A DNA stretch of 64,000 nt from the human T2T-CHM13v2.0 reference genome, Homo sapiens: NCBI RefSeq assembly GCF_009914755.1, contig NC_060928.1; one strand, given 5' to 3'. The notes beneath the pieces were generated by a model. It was not told the origin of the DNA, ran no database searches, and saw only the letters and a program-made list of their open reading frames with translations. Shown here piece by piece: positions 43,330-60,141 of this stretch; the first letter of the stretch is position 1; every line of letters starts with the position of its first letter. Made by a program: the position numbers and the translations under genes.

Positions 43330-45484
43330 TAAGGTAGAACCAAGTTTATTAATGACAGCCTTTATTACAATCACTCTCAAGTGTAAAAAATAAAGGGTGA
43401 TTAATTAATATTTAAAACTCACTCGGACTTGCTGTTTGGCCTTTCAGTGGATGTGCCAAAGGGCAGGGATCTTGCCTGATTCTGAATCAATTGGCCAGAT
43501 GGAGTTCACTGGAGAATGAGGCAATCAACAAAAAAGACAAATGATGCCAACTGGAGAGAGCTCGTGTCTTCTCCATGTTGGAAGGACATTACAAAATGGC
43601 AACTGTGGTGGGGGCAGAGATGAAGTAAGACAACCTTACAGTCGGAGTAAGATGTGAATACCTCTACCTATACAGAGACAAAAACACACACATGCAGAGC
43701 CATACACACACCCAAACAGTGAACACAGTTTTGAAAATAATTTCCTTTTTGTCCTTTCTCTGAGCAGACTGACACATTCATCGGCCACCACCATGCACCA
43801 TGGGGCTGAAATGGAAAACCTCGCTTAATTTCCACAAAGTATTCTAGCTGGCTGCCCAGTTATGTGCTGGCAAATCTGTCCGCACCGAAAAATGTGCCTG
43901 TGGTTTTCCCAGAGTTCCACAGACTGATATCTGCTCCCCAGGAGGGCAACATCCGGTGGACACCAGCTGGATTAAAATCTAGAGGGCAAAACTCGTCCCT
44001 CCCACCTAAAGTGGGGGCAGGAGCGGCAGCACCAGGAAGTGGTTTCCCACTTTGTGTTACAGAGTACTTGCCCCAGTTCAACGCATTCCCCTCCAAAGTA
44101 TTTGTGCTTTGATACCATCCTGATGGTTAGTCTGCAATAAGAGAACTGAAGGAGCTATGGCCATGCACTATTTTCTTTTTTTAATAAAAGCAAACTAAAA
44201 CTGGAGGAAGAAAAAGAAACCATTAGAAGCTTTTGACTGGGTCAATGTTGTTTCCAAATTGGGTTTAATTCCATTCAAAGAGAAAGAAGGGGAGGGTGCA
44301 GAAAAGGCCACTCAGATCGACTCTGGAAGAGATCATCAAGACCAGGGAAGCATTTGGATGGTACAGCTGGTCTCTTCCCAGCCAGACTGGGAGGACATGC
44401 CACAACCTCCCAAGGCTGTGAACCTAGGAAATAAGTGCTGACCAAATAACATATTTCAATGTTTGTAGAAAAGCTGGCAGGAAAGGGAGATGATGGATTC
44501 AGATTCACAGGTCATGCAGATTAAGACTTAATCAAAAATTAATGCTTGAGCTGAGTAAGAAAACACTAAAATTTAAGTGGAACTGTATCATAGCTTTCAC
44601 CTTTGGAAGACGAAAAACAACAAACATACAAAACAAAATGACCCAGAATATTCCAGAGTTTCCAAAAATCCAACTGCTAATTTTGGCAGGGTGAGAAGAA
44701 GGGGATATTTAACTGATACCTCTTCATTAACCTCATTTTCTCCTTGAATTTCACTGATAAACAAAGCTCAGGTCTACTTAGAAAAACGATCAGTCCTGCT
44801 AAAATACAGCCTCATGACGTCTTCCAATGCCCTTGCTCGGTGCACATGAAATACACAACTTCTCTTATAAGGAGACTTTCCAGGATAGACCAAGTGTGCT
44901 CGCCCAAGTGACTTGCTGAATACCATCACAAAATCTGAACCCAAAGATGAGTTGTTTTCTTCTTCAGATGAGAGTTGCAAGTGTTTCCTAAAATGTACAT
45001 GGAGGGATGCCCACAAACCACTGCCCTCCCAGGTGAGGGGCTGAGTCTTTGAGGAGATGCACTCCTTCAGGCCATGGAACAGAAAGAAGGTGGTCCGTCC
45101 AAGGTGTGGTGAAGAGCAAAGCTGCCTCTCCCAGCCCTCCAATTACGGAAGATGAGGACAAGAATGTATTTTCTGCACATTCAAGTACATCTGGGTCCCC
45201 TACCCTCCCTTTTTTTCTTTTTTGGTAAGCATCTAACTGTCCATAAATTCATGGCTACAGTAGAGATTCACGGCGCAACGACTTTCATACTGGTTATTTT
45301 TTTTTTTAATTCTGTCAGTGAGCAGCATTTCCCAGTTTTACACTCCCCTAATGGCAGCTCCATTAGGCGAGACTGCAGGCTGCATCTGTGATTAGGTCCA
45401 TGCAGCTCGAAGATCAGTTCGGCACGCGGGAGGGTCCCGAAAGCTGGGTCTGTCCAGTGTCTTGCAGCAGCGGTTGCAGGGGGT
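43330..45484 (-). other. TSPAN5: TSPAN5 3' UTR (~2.15 kb; end approximate)
   Basis: Repeat-free sequence between the stop and the poly(A) signals. Confidence 0.8.
43345..43366 (-). terminator. TSPAN5: Tandem AATAAA polyadenylation signals of TSPAN5
   Basis: TTTATT at 43345-43350 and 43361-43366; downstream on - strand 'ggtgtgtctttcttc' GU/U-rich. Confidence 0.8.
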
Positions 45485-45550
45485 CTACCAGCTCGCCCTG
45501 ACAGCTTCGATATCGCTAACCAAATTCTGGGCCAGGCATATCCCAAATAT
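45485..45550 (-). CDS. TSPAN5: TSPAN5 last coding exon (end of TM4, C-tail)
   Basis: ttctcag|ATA...; IFGICLAQNLVSDIEAVRASW*; TAG at 45487-45485. Confidence 0.96.
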   Translation of the reverse strand: MFGICLAQNLVSDIEAVRASW

Positions 45551-45639
45551 CTGAGAAAGGAAGAAAATGTGAGTGAAACAGTGACACTTGTAACTTGTTT
45601 CCCTGGCCACTGTGTCCCATTTTTTTAAATCATTGATTT

Positions 45640-48310
<2,671 letters not shown>

Positions 48311-48670
48311 TGCTCTTTGGAAAGTATCACACCAACAACATGAAGAGTCCAGCTCTTAAGACTGGCCAGGAGGAAAAGTGGGTGCTCCCTTCCTTCACTA
48401 GCACTTTGGCAAGGTAGTTTAGGGAGAGAAAGGGGTATGACATCTCTGTGAAACTTCCCAAAACCTTAACGTCACCACTGAGATCTACTTCTAACTATGC
48501 ATGTTTGACTCAGTTGCCACAATGCAGTATTTTTGAGCCCATGTAAACGATGGAATGCCAGTAGGCAACCACTATCTAATTAATGTCTCCATCTTAGAAA
48601 AAGACAAGGTTTCCTAAAGTATTTCATGATAGTAGCATCTAAACTCAGAGCTTTAATAAAACACAAATCA

Positions 48671-48995
<325 letters not shown>

Positions 48996-49151
48996 TAAAA
49001 CACAAACCAAATCGTTTAGGTCTGTTCCTCAGCCCTCCAATGTGTCTTAAAAACTATGACAATCAAGGTTTTTAAGCAAAGCTCCGATCCTGGCAAGGGC
49101 TCTCCCAGGGCATTATTTCCCTGTGATATCCATAAAGGACCCTTATCTTAC

Positions 49152-49268
49152 CTGCAGCAATGCAATGCCTATGAAAATACCAGCAACGATGGTTAAATTG
49201 TCCTGCAACCACTTCTCAAACTGGGGCACACAGCCTTTCGTGTAGATTACAATCTGCTGGTCAACTTC
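49152..49268 (-). CDS. TSPAN5: TSPAN5 coding exon (end of large extracellular loop, TM4)
   Basis: gtgaag|GAA...CAG|gtaaga; 117 nt; EVDQQIVIYTKGCVPQFEKWLQDNLTIVAGIFIGIALLQ. Confidence 0.96.
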
Positions 49269-49375
49269 CTTCACAAGAGAAGAGGAGAGCACATTGTCAC
49301 AGATAGAGCACCAGGCACAGGCCAAAGCTCCTCCAACACCCTTCGTGCTAAGCAACAACATGAGATTCCACTTAC

Positions 49376-49423
49376 TGGTTTTTGCCTGGCATCATAGCCA
49401 CACTGAGTGTTGATGACATCTTC
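49376..49423 (-). CDS. TSPAN5: TSPAN5 48-nt coding exon (large extracellular loop)
   Basis: caccag|GAA...CCA|gtaagt; EDVINTQCGYDARQKP. Confidence 0.96.
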
Positions 49424-50625
49424 CTGGTGAAGAAAGGAAAGAGAAAAGTGAAATTTACTCATTAGACAGAAAGCCCACCTAGAAATGAGCAGAAGACTTC
49501 TGTTACGCATTAGTAATAAAATGTGTATCTGGGCACAAAGACTGCAGCACTATGTTAAACACTTTATATACATGATCCCATGTCATTATTGCGACAATCT
49601 TCAGAAGTAGGTATTAAAATATGCCCTATTTTACAAATAAGGAAAACTAAGGCTTGGGGAATATCAGAAAAGACAGCAAGTCTATCACACAGGAGGCTCA
49701 AGATTCAAAGTGGTGCCAACCTCAAGAAGCTTATGGGATTTAGGGAACTGGAGACACAGATAAAAAACATAAAGGGCACAGTGAATCTTCATGTATGCTC
49801 TTTTGGATGGACTGCTACTTTTTAATCTATGTACTTCCATGTTACTTAAATTGTTTTTCAATGAGCTTTTAATAATTAAAAAACAAAACAATGCCCCGAC
49901 CACATAATCACACAGACAACCTGACGTCTCACAGGGTCTGATCAGAAACATGGTTCCACTTTTTCGGGTTGTTTATTTTCCTTCTCTGCGGGGTGTGGGG
50001 CAGATTTTATTAGCTTAGAGCGCAAGGAATGAGCTAGCTCTGCCCAGAGGATCTGTAGGTGAAAGGGGAAGCATTAATGCCTCTGAGAATACAGAATTCT
50101 CCCAAGGGAGTGTTAATGTGGGACAGGAACTGGCGACAGGAGGCGCACTGTGCGGCACCCGCTGGCCAGTGCAAGGCCACCAGGATGAGCCCCTCAAGCT
50201 CTGAGTGGGCACTCTGCTGCCATGTGGCTCTCCTCAGAAGGGAGAGGAGGTTTGAGCTGGTGGGAAGGGCAGCTGGCGGGGCAGCACAGTCCTTAGTGAC
50301 TTTGTCTCCTCTTTCAGACCAAGAGAAACAGCTGAGGTGGTCCCCTGGAGGAAGCCCACAGGGAAGTTCTGCTTTTCCACTCCAAGACCATAGCTCCTTT
50401 TAAGAGCCCCACAGCCTCCACCATAAGAAGGAGCATCCCCACTGAGCTCATCAGCACCCACTCGGCTCTGCTTCTGAGGGGTAAGGGCGAGCCTTGGGGA
50501 GTACATCTGGAGACTGCAGGGCCAGAGAACAGTTGAGGAGTCCCAGAAGGGTTCTGCAGCTAGGAGCACACAGAGATGCGTGGAGTAACCTCTCATGTTT
50601 GTCATTCTAACACTAGAGAGTTACC

Positions 50626-50921
<296 letters not shown>

Positions 50922-51647
50922 TTAAGAATTGCATTTTAAGTCATTCTATATACCAGGCACGATTTGACACAAAATATAATCAAACCTGTGGCAAAAGTGA
51001 GTGACTTACAAATAGATTTTATATTTTATTCTTTTTTATAATAAAATGCAAACTGCATGACTATAGTCATGATGACATTCAGGAGTCTGGGCAGCTGTGG
51101 TCTTCCTACACAGCAGTCCAGGCCTATCTTGTCTCAAACTCTCCTCCTACTCCTAATAGTTCCCCTAGAACTAAGCCAAAAAGAAAAGGGTTACTAACCC
51201 CAAACCAATGCAGAGAGCTCTCATATGAGCCTGCCCTTCTCATGAAGAAAGGCTAACAGATGATACAGGCAAGTTGCCTGGGTCTCATATTCCACTCCAT
51301 TGCCTGCTAGCAGTGCAAGCTTGGGAAAGTCACTTACACCTCATGTGCCTTGATTTCTTCCCCTGAAAAGGGAGGGTAATGGTGGTATCTGCCAGTAGGA
51401 ATGTGCCCAACTTAAATGAGCCAACACACATAAAGGCTTAGAATAGGAACCAGCACACACTGCTAAATTAATGCCAGCAATTATTACTCCTACTAGGAAG
51501 ATTTGAGCACCATAACCCCCTACAGGAGCTACAAATACGAGTAACCAGGTAAGAAGAGGGTTCAACCAAAAAATCACTCTGCTCGTCCCATGCACACTCT
51601 CGGCATGATGTACAGAGTAGGCCAATAGTTCGCTGGCATTCACTTAC

Positions 51648-51773
51648 TGCGGGATCTTTAGTGCAGCAGGAGAATGGAACGCCACATCGCTCTCGACTTG
51701 CATTGGAATCTGTGCAATTGAAGTAAATATTTAGGTTCCAATCATCAGCTCCAAAAGCCCCACAGCACTGCCA
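51648..51773 (-). CDS. TSPAN5: TSPAN5 coding exon with the tetraspanin CCG motif
   Basis: ctctag|TGG...GCA|gtaagt; 126 nt; WQCCGAFGADDWNLNIYFNCTDSNASRERCGVPFSCCTKDPA; with the next exons gives the 8 loop cysteines of TspanC8 proteins. Confidence 0.97.
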
Positions 51774-52259
51774 CTAGAGCAAACAGGAAAGAATTAGAAC
51801 ATCCCAACTTGGAGGCAAGCAGTCACCTACACTCACACCCGCCGAACGACACCAGCTTCTGCCAGCTCTGACCTTCTTTTCTGTCCTAGACTTTATTTTT
51901 AAGCCAAACTGAACCTAAATGGCCCATATAAAATCTTCCAAATTAATTAGGGCTGAAGGTTTGTAGGGATGTGTTGGCACGTGATTTAAACAACTGATGA
52001 GACCTGTGGTGTTAGGTGGAAGAAGGGCAGAGCAGCTGTACAGCAGGGCTCAGTTAGAACAAGATCTGTTTGGCTTGGGCACGTCATTCTAGAAGGAGAA
52101 ACAAGAACATTCTAGAAGGGTAAATAAGACACTAACGACAGTGGTAGTGACTGAAGGAGGCAACTGGGGTTATGGGTGGGCTAACTATAGCTTACTTTTT
52201 CAAAGTTTTGATCTCTACATTCTAATAGTTTTTTTAAAGATCTGTTTTGTTTTATGGAG

Positions 52260-53130
52260 CGCAGGGAGACCCCCTGAAACTATTGCTATGGAATAAAAGA
52301 TGAAATGCTCCTGATTACTGGAAATACAAAATTGCATGCAGGATTGTGTAAAGACAATGCCAGGTTGGACTGCCAGAATGAGCCAACAGTGCGTGATGTG
52401 CTTCCCCCTGCAGAGAGCCTATGAATGGACGTGCAGTCAGGGAGGTTTCACATCACCAAGATTCCTATCCCAGAAAAGCAGATGTTCATAGCTCTGGGAA
52501 TAGAATGCGACCTTTGTGGAGAGCCTATAAACAGACACATGAGGGGCACCTGTCCATATGTATAAGACAGGGCTATAAATGCCCTCATCTTGCCACGGCT
52601 CTTCTAGACCTCTTTAGGGTTAAGGCATACTCCCTTCTGAGAATTTCTGGTCTAACTGGTTGTGTAGCTTCACGTCCTGTTTCTATGGATTGTTTGTAAC
52701 TGGCTTTTGCTGCAACTGTTACTGCTGACTAATATCTTGCTAATCATAGGTTGTGGAAAGACTGTGTTTCTGTTTTAAGGCTCTGTTAGAAATTACTGAA
52801 GCACACACTATATTGTAAATTCTTATCCCTGTATACTGTACTTTTGCATACAGATGTTATGTTAAAGAATTACTTCATCCCCATGTGACCATCTCACCTC
52901 ATAATCAAATGACCTAAATCCCTCACTAACCTACCCCCACCCTCACTAAACTTAATAATAAATTCTGGTATATCCAGTGCATTGTTGGCACTGCGTGACC
53001 AGAAGGCGGTGACCCCCCTGGACCCAGCTTTCACTATCTTGTGTGTGTCTATTATTTCTCGACCTGCCGATCCGCCTGGGAACAGAGAGATCCCTGTTGC
53101 ATTGCAGGCTGCTGGCCAGATCCCGCAATA
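52260..53130 (+). mobile_element. ERVK-class solo LTR (MER11D-like), antisense to TSPAN5
   Basis: 871 bp; 6-bp TSD ATGGAG (52254-52259, 53131-53136); AATAAA and MER11-type U5; inserted into an L1M 3' end. Confidence 0.75.
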
Positions 53131-54967
53131 ATGGAGGTATAACTGACATACAATAAATTGCACATTTTAAAGTATACAATTTGATAAATTTTGACATCTG
53201 TATACATCACAAAAATGTCACCACAATCAATGGATATATAGTTGATATATCCATTACCACCAAAAATTTTAGAGGTTAACTTTTCATCATATTTGTTTCT
53301 ACTCTGAGTTTGTTTAAAAACAAGTGCATGTGTTTTACATTTTCAACTTTAAAAAGTCAGTCTTCCAATTAAAATATATTAAAACAAGCGGTTAAATTCA
53401 GTGGTTCTTAAATGGGGCCGGAGTCAAAGGCTACTACACAAGCCCCTTCCTCACTTCCCTGGGATGCACTTTCTCTACTTCTCTGAGTTAAATAAATATC
53501 AAGTCTCAACCATTTGAAGACCTTCCGGACCAACAGCTACTTCTAAACATTACATTCCATGATGCAAAAAGAAAATCACATGAAACTGTAGTATTTCCGT
53601 TTAAAGCACACAGCATCCCAAGACAACATGGTCCTTCCAGGGCTTGGGTCATGCATTTCGAGGTGTGTCCACAAAGCTCCATCAATGTGTCATGCAAACT
53701 AGTCAGGAATAATGCCAGGAAAGGGATTATTAGGGAGCCTGCACCCATTAGGACCTAATAAAACAGTGAAGTCGGCTGAGGACATGAATCAGGGCTTAAT
53801 TTCCCACTTAAGGGGCAGCTTACTCCAGGACGAAATGTTGCTGCCACTGAACAAAACCACATAACCCTGCTCAGTCCTGAGTGCCTAAGGAAGGGGATGG
53901 CCTCCCTCATAAAGAGTGTCAACATGGCTGCTGCCTCCCTTCATCACAGGCAGACAACTATCCAACCCCAAGAAGGCTACCGTTCACTGGGCTTCTGCTT
54001 GCCCTCCGGTCCTGCCATATACATGAATGCCACAGACACCGCTGTCCAAGTCCAAGCTCAGCCTACCCGACTTTTCAGTGCAGGTATATAAAGACCTGCA
54101 AGTTTGTAGGACCCTAACACCTTAGCCTAATATAAAAACATGTATGTCTCATTAGTGTCATAATATCCCTGTGAGTTAGACAGTAGCTAGTATTATTTCC
54201 ATTTTGCTATTGGGGAAATAGGTCAAGGTCCTGTGAGCCCAGGGTCCCTTATCAGATTTTGGCACTAGACCTGTGTCTTTTGGTCCCTTGCATTCTGAGT
54301 GAAACGGGACATCTGCTGCTTTGCTGGCACTGAAAGAGCCATTTCACAGGCATGCTCAGAGACGGGAGGGAGTGGCCTGGACTCCAATGCTCAGGGATAG
54401 GAGAGAGTGGCCCGGATTCCACTGCACAGATTCTTCACTTGTTAGAAGCCACTAGGACTTAGGAGTTTCTAAGCTTTTGCTTTTAACTGCATGTGCAATA
54501 ATAATATTTGGATAGGCACATTTTAGGAACTTTGTGGCAAATTATTCTGTTGATAAGTAGATTATTATGAGCTGTGAAATATCAAGGATTACCAAAAAAG
54601 GGGGCAAGGGATAAGAAAGAATCCATATTTAATAACCAAAGAAAACTTTAAACCCGGAGCAAAACAATGTTCCTCAAATGCAAATAGGAAAGGACAGCCA
54701 TGATTATAACGTTTTGCTCAAGCATTTTCTTCTTTGTTCCTCTAACTTAACAGAAGTTGAAACAAGTGAAAATAGGAAATTTCCATTTAGAATACAAATC
54801 CTGTAAGTCACAGAGCAAGTCGGAAAATAATAAACAAACAAACAAACACCCATGCAGAATAGTCAGGTAGTTTCCAGCTGGCAGATGCAGAAACCAGGAG
54901 GGATGAAATTCACTGGGGTCATCGTTCAGAGAACTTTCAACTTGAAAACAAACCACTTTAAACTTAC

Positions 54968-55138
54968 ATATTCCTGGGTGAAGTCTATGAGGTTTTGCAA
55001 ATCAATGTCATCCCGATATGCTCTGATGTTGTTGTTTATAAAGAAATACAGCTGGTCTTTGATCCAGTCTTTGAAAACAAATGCTAGAACTCCGGCAGTG
55101 AGCTCCAGGAAGAAAATAATTCCCAGGAACACAGAAAA
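54968..55138 (-). CDS. TSPAN5: TSPAN5 coding exon (TM3, start of large loop, RDD motif)
   Basis: tcttag|TTT...TAT|gtaagt; 171 nt; FSVFLGIIFFLELTAGVLAFVFKDWIKDQLYFFINNNIRAYRDDIDLQNLIDFTQEY. Confidence 0.97.
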
Positions 55139-57639
55139 CTAAGATAAAAGACACATACACAGAGAACAGTTATAAGGGCTATTTTGATCATATATAGCTA
55201 AATGGTTCCTCTCTAAACAGGTTTGTAATTACATTGGATTGTTACACATCTCCAAAGCAGATAATCTTCAGTTTCTGCTGATTCATTAATAGAATATTAC
55301 ACTCCAAGAAAGGACTTTTAAAAATCATTTTATAATCACATTTTAGGGTCTCTAGTGTTCCATTTGATAATTAACCAACAAAGCCCATAAGCAAACATGG
55401 ATAATAAGGATTTCTCATTAGACCCACATTAAGGCCTAATTAATTTCTCATGATTAATGTACTGCCAGATGCTTGTAACAATGACCTGCCCCTATCTCTA
55501 GTAAGCTTCTGTAACTTGAAAGATAGATTATTCCAATATTTTAAGATCGCCTGTCACTTGTTACTGTGGCCTTGATTCTCTATGCAATATATTCCGTTTA
55601 TGGATTCAGACACCATTTTAATTCTCTTTTGCACCTGCTATACAGGGTAAAATAACAGATGTGTTCATCTTAGATGAAGGGGTCAAAGAGGAAGTAGTGG
55701 GGTGGGCAGTGACCGCGAAATGAAAGTTATTTCCCATCATAAAAACAAAATGAAACCCCTGAGTTGAGGGCTTTCCTGGGAATGCTAGCTGTGCTTGCCT
55801 TCCTCTAGGAAGCATGGGCCCCAGCAACATTTTAAGTGACATCAAAATGCAGCCAAGGGGAGACTTCCGCTTAATGTAGACAACAGGGGTTTTAAAAGAG
55901 GGGCTCAAGACCATGAGGCAACGTGGTAACTGCCCGTAACTCTGGAGAAATTCCCCTTCCATCTAGAAGACTCAGAAGAGTCTCAGCTTAGTCATATCGA
56001 CTTACTGCTCACGCCCACTGTTTTTTCCACCTCCTACCATCCTGTATTCTTAACCTTCTCAAACTTTGTTGTTAAAATAGATTATGAGAAATGAGCTGTG
56101 AAGGACCAGAGGGTACAGTGCGGGTAAATTTCTGGTGACAACAGCAGAGAGGGTGACATGGGCCACAACTGCTGGGCAGAGGTCCTGAAGGCCACATGCA
56201 GAAGAACAGTGAGCAGCTGAGGAGGCAGGGGGTGCTCAGGTGGTCTGCGGTTCTATCTTCAGCAAGCAGACAAGGAGCTGCCAGCCAAGAGAAAAATGTA
56301 TTGGGGAGGGGTGCAAAGGAAACAGCAGTTACTCATTAAAAGAACAAAAGACAAACAATGTTTATTCATTCAGCAAACATCTACTGAATGACCCACAATG
56401 AGTCAGGCCCTGAGGTAGGTGGGCTTTGCAGAAACAAGGATGAGTAAGAACAAGGGGTATCCTTGCCTTCGAAGATGTCCCAGTCTTATGTGATTAGGGA
56501 GGCTAGGCAGGGAGTGGGTATCTGCAGACATTAGATGTCTGTAGATCTGGCAGTATTTGTCTAGGGTGCCAAGTACTGCTCTGTGAGGGTGGGCACGGGA
56601 GGAGGAGTGGAAGGTGGAAATAAGTGTTTGGCAAAGTTTTTGGACTCCCAGGTTAAGGCCCCAATTCTAGACCCTCCAGCTCAGCCCTTCAGGTTTCCCT
56701 AGAGTTCCTGATTATATATCCTTCAGGAATTCGCCAGAAATGGAATTTAAACAGTTCTTAATTATCATCAGTGATGCCAATAATTTCAATTTAAACTTTC
56801 CCCAATCTAGAAAAATGAACAGAAAAAATATCACACCACTTCTGCTCAATGCCTACCCTACAGTGTAAATAACGCCCTGCCCTGTATTAGGCCCCACCTT
56901 AAGCATGTAAATATGAATTATGAATTATCACAGTACAGAAATGACAAAATTATAGCTAGCATGCATGAGCATACACAGGAAACACCAAGTCAGGGAAAGA
57001 TTTTAATTCAGTTTTTGTTCTCACCTCCATAAAAGTTAAGTGCATTTTCCAGTTCCCCTGGTAAATTTTCTCTTCATGTTACATATTATACATACCAAAA
57101 ATTGAGTCCAAATTCAATTCATATAAAATATTTGGCAGATACCTACATGCCCCAAGCCCTGTTGAGCTAATTTCCTCTATTTCCAAAGGTGCAGACACTG
57201 ACTCACAGGCTTCACCCTAGAGCCTCGGTCAACCAAGAAGGTCTATTTCCATTTTGCAGTATCTTAGTTCCTAGATTTTCCCTCAGCAAGTCTCCTAGGG
57301 GAATCAGATCTTTAGAGCTATTTGGAGTCCTGTGGACGTTTACTTACTACTTATCTCATACCTTCTGTTCGAAGATTATTCCAGGCAAGTTTTTATTGTT
57401 TGTCCTAAATGGAGAGAGGCCATTTAAGATATTTTCCAAGTCTTAAAAGCCAAGAAACAACACAATTCTCTTCATTTCCAACATGAGACTTTATAAATTA
57501 AGGTGCTGATTTAGAGAAATGTGTAGTTTTCTGCCTGTTCAGTTAACACTGGACTCTTCAACTGTAAGAAATGATAAACTATATTAAAGGGGCCACCACT
57601 ATAAATGAAACTATATTAAAGTAAATCACAATTAAGGGG

Positions 57640-58167
<528 letters not shown>

Positions 58168-58317
58168 CTACAGGAAAGCTGGCAAGGTGAGCTGAGCACT
58201 GGAGCACTGAGATGCCTCAAGCCAAGAAGACTGGCAGGTTGGCAGGTGGCAATCAGGGACAGAGCTCTCCTGGGGGCTCCCCAGGTTTCTGACTAGGTGA
58301 AGAATGAAGCATTTGGT

Positions 58318-58372
58318 TGTGTGTGTATGAGAGAGGGAGGGAGAGAGAGAGAGACACTGTGTGTGTGTGTGT
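58318..58372. repeat. (TG)n/(GA)n compound microsatellite
   Basis: Direct reading. Confidence 0.85.
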
Positions 58373-59697
58373 GGCAAAGGAAGGATCTGGCAGATAAGGC
58401 AGATGGAGTCTTAGGAAACTAGCTACAGCCACTGTGGTCCCATGTATCCACAAGAGAGAACCAGCTGCTTGTGAACTTATCTGTAAGACCAGGTACCCCT
58501 CGGTTCTCTTTGTTAGAATAAGTCATGCTAATTTTCAGGTTAAATAGCCTCCAAAAACTTCTCCGAGACAGAGCTGCTCAGAAATGGGCTGCCCTGGGTG
58601 GGGCACACCGTGTACCCTCTTCTCAGGGATGTTTAAGAAAAGACGCTGGAGGATGATGTGGCAGAAATGCTGGGGAAGAGAATCACACATTACATGACTA
58701 TTGGGCTACTTCTTGGATATGCTTTTTTTTTTTTTTTTTTTTTTTAATGAGAATGTCCCTGGATGATGATGTGTCAACAAAAGTTGGGAATAACTGTGGT
58801 AACAGGAAATATTACACTACAACTGTTCTCTAGAAATCTCCACCATCCCCATCCTTCCTCAGCAAATGAAGGTGGGTGCTTTGGATCCTTTCTCTGTTCT
58901 TAGAAAGGGGAATGGATGCTTCGTATAGAGAGCTATGATTCAGACGCCCATCAGAGTGCCAAGCTCCATGCTGACAGGCACATTTGGCTACATTCAACAA
59001 CCCTATATGAGATACATAAACGGCACATGCCATTTTCTTCTCCTTTGAAACGAGTCTCCAACGCAAAGGCTTTCACTTTTCATTCTCTATTTTAACTTTA
59101 AATACCAATGAACCCCCTGGTGAAACCTCTCCTCTACAAACATTCACTCAGACAGTGATCACGCCAACCGCACCACATCTAAAAATTACAAAGGAGAACT
59201 TTGTACCAGCTAAGGACAAAGAAGCTTTACCTTTTACTGTTTCTCCATATTTAGCAAAACCTACTGCTTAACAGATTTAATCTGGACAGGCCACAGTCAC
59301 TGTGCTTTTGCCTGGTTTCTCCAAACCAACAGCCTGCACAGCTCCCCACTTACTATGTGCATTAAAACGGTGGGAAGGAATCACTTAGAAGAAAATATAT
59401 ATATATACCTACCTTAGTCCTAAAGATATCTTAGGGAATGGAATCCAAGTCTGTGATATATATGCACAAAACCTCCATGGATGGCATGGTGGGGTGGTGG
59501 GGGTGGTGTTGTACTTATTAAGGAGGCACAACTGGGAATCAGGGCTAGAGAGCTCTCTCAAAAGAAAATAATGACCTGGGCCCTACTTTGGCCAGTGCCT
59601 TTGGTACAGCTCACTGTCTTGCCTGTAGATAGGGTGACCTCCTGATGGAAGGTAAAGTTTTGGCTCTCAATCTGAGAGTAGAGAGTGGAATACTTAC

Positions 59698-59844
59698 AAA
59701 CTTGAGAAGGAAAGTGTTTTCCCGTAGCGCTCCAATGCACCCTGCAAATCCCAAAATGAACATCACTCCTCCCACCACAAGGAAGAGCCAAACTGGGTCA
59801 AAGCCGCCGAGATCGGTGATGGAAGAGATGTTGGACAGAACTCC
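59698..59844 (-). CDS. TSPAN5: TSPAN5 coding exon (small loop, TM2); upstream exons lie beyond the window
   Basis: tcccag|GGA...TTT|gtaagt; 147 nt; [49 protein letters not shown]. Confidence 0.97.
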
Positions 59845-59986
59845 CTGGGAGCAGAAAAGAACACACAACAAGGCACGGGGATGTGGGGTCAGTTTTCCAA
59901 CATGTAAAGATTATCGCATTTGTCCTTTCCCCTCCCAAAGAAAACCTTCAGAGGGCATCTGATTATCAGGTATGTGATTAATACTT

Positions 59987-60141
59987 AAGAGAGGAAAGAA
60001 AGAGAGAGAGAAAGAGAAAGAGAAAGAAAGAGTGAGAAAGAAAGAGAAAGAGAGAGAAAGAGAAAAGAGAGAAACAAAAGGGAGGAAGGGAGGAAGCGAG
60101 GAAGGGAGGGAGGGGGGGATGGAGGGAAGGAGGGAGGGAAA
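59987..60141. repeat. Polypurine (GA/GAAA/GGGA) low-complexity tract
   Basis: ~155 nt of almost only A/G on +. Confidence 0.9.

Noticed and set aside
59645-59962. Antisense ORFs over coding exons (also 9791-10054, 54852-55142)
   Set aside because: Shadow ORFs of real exons.
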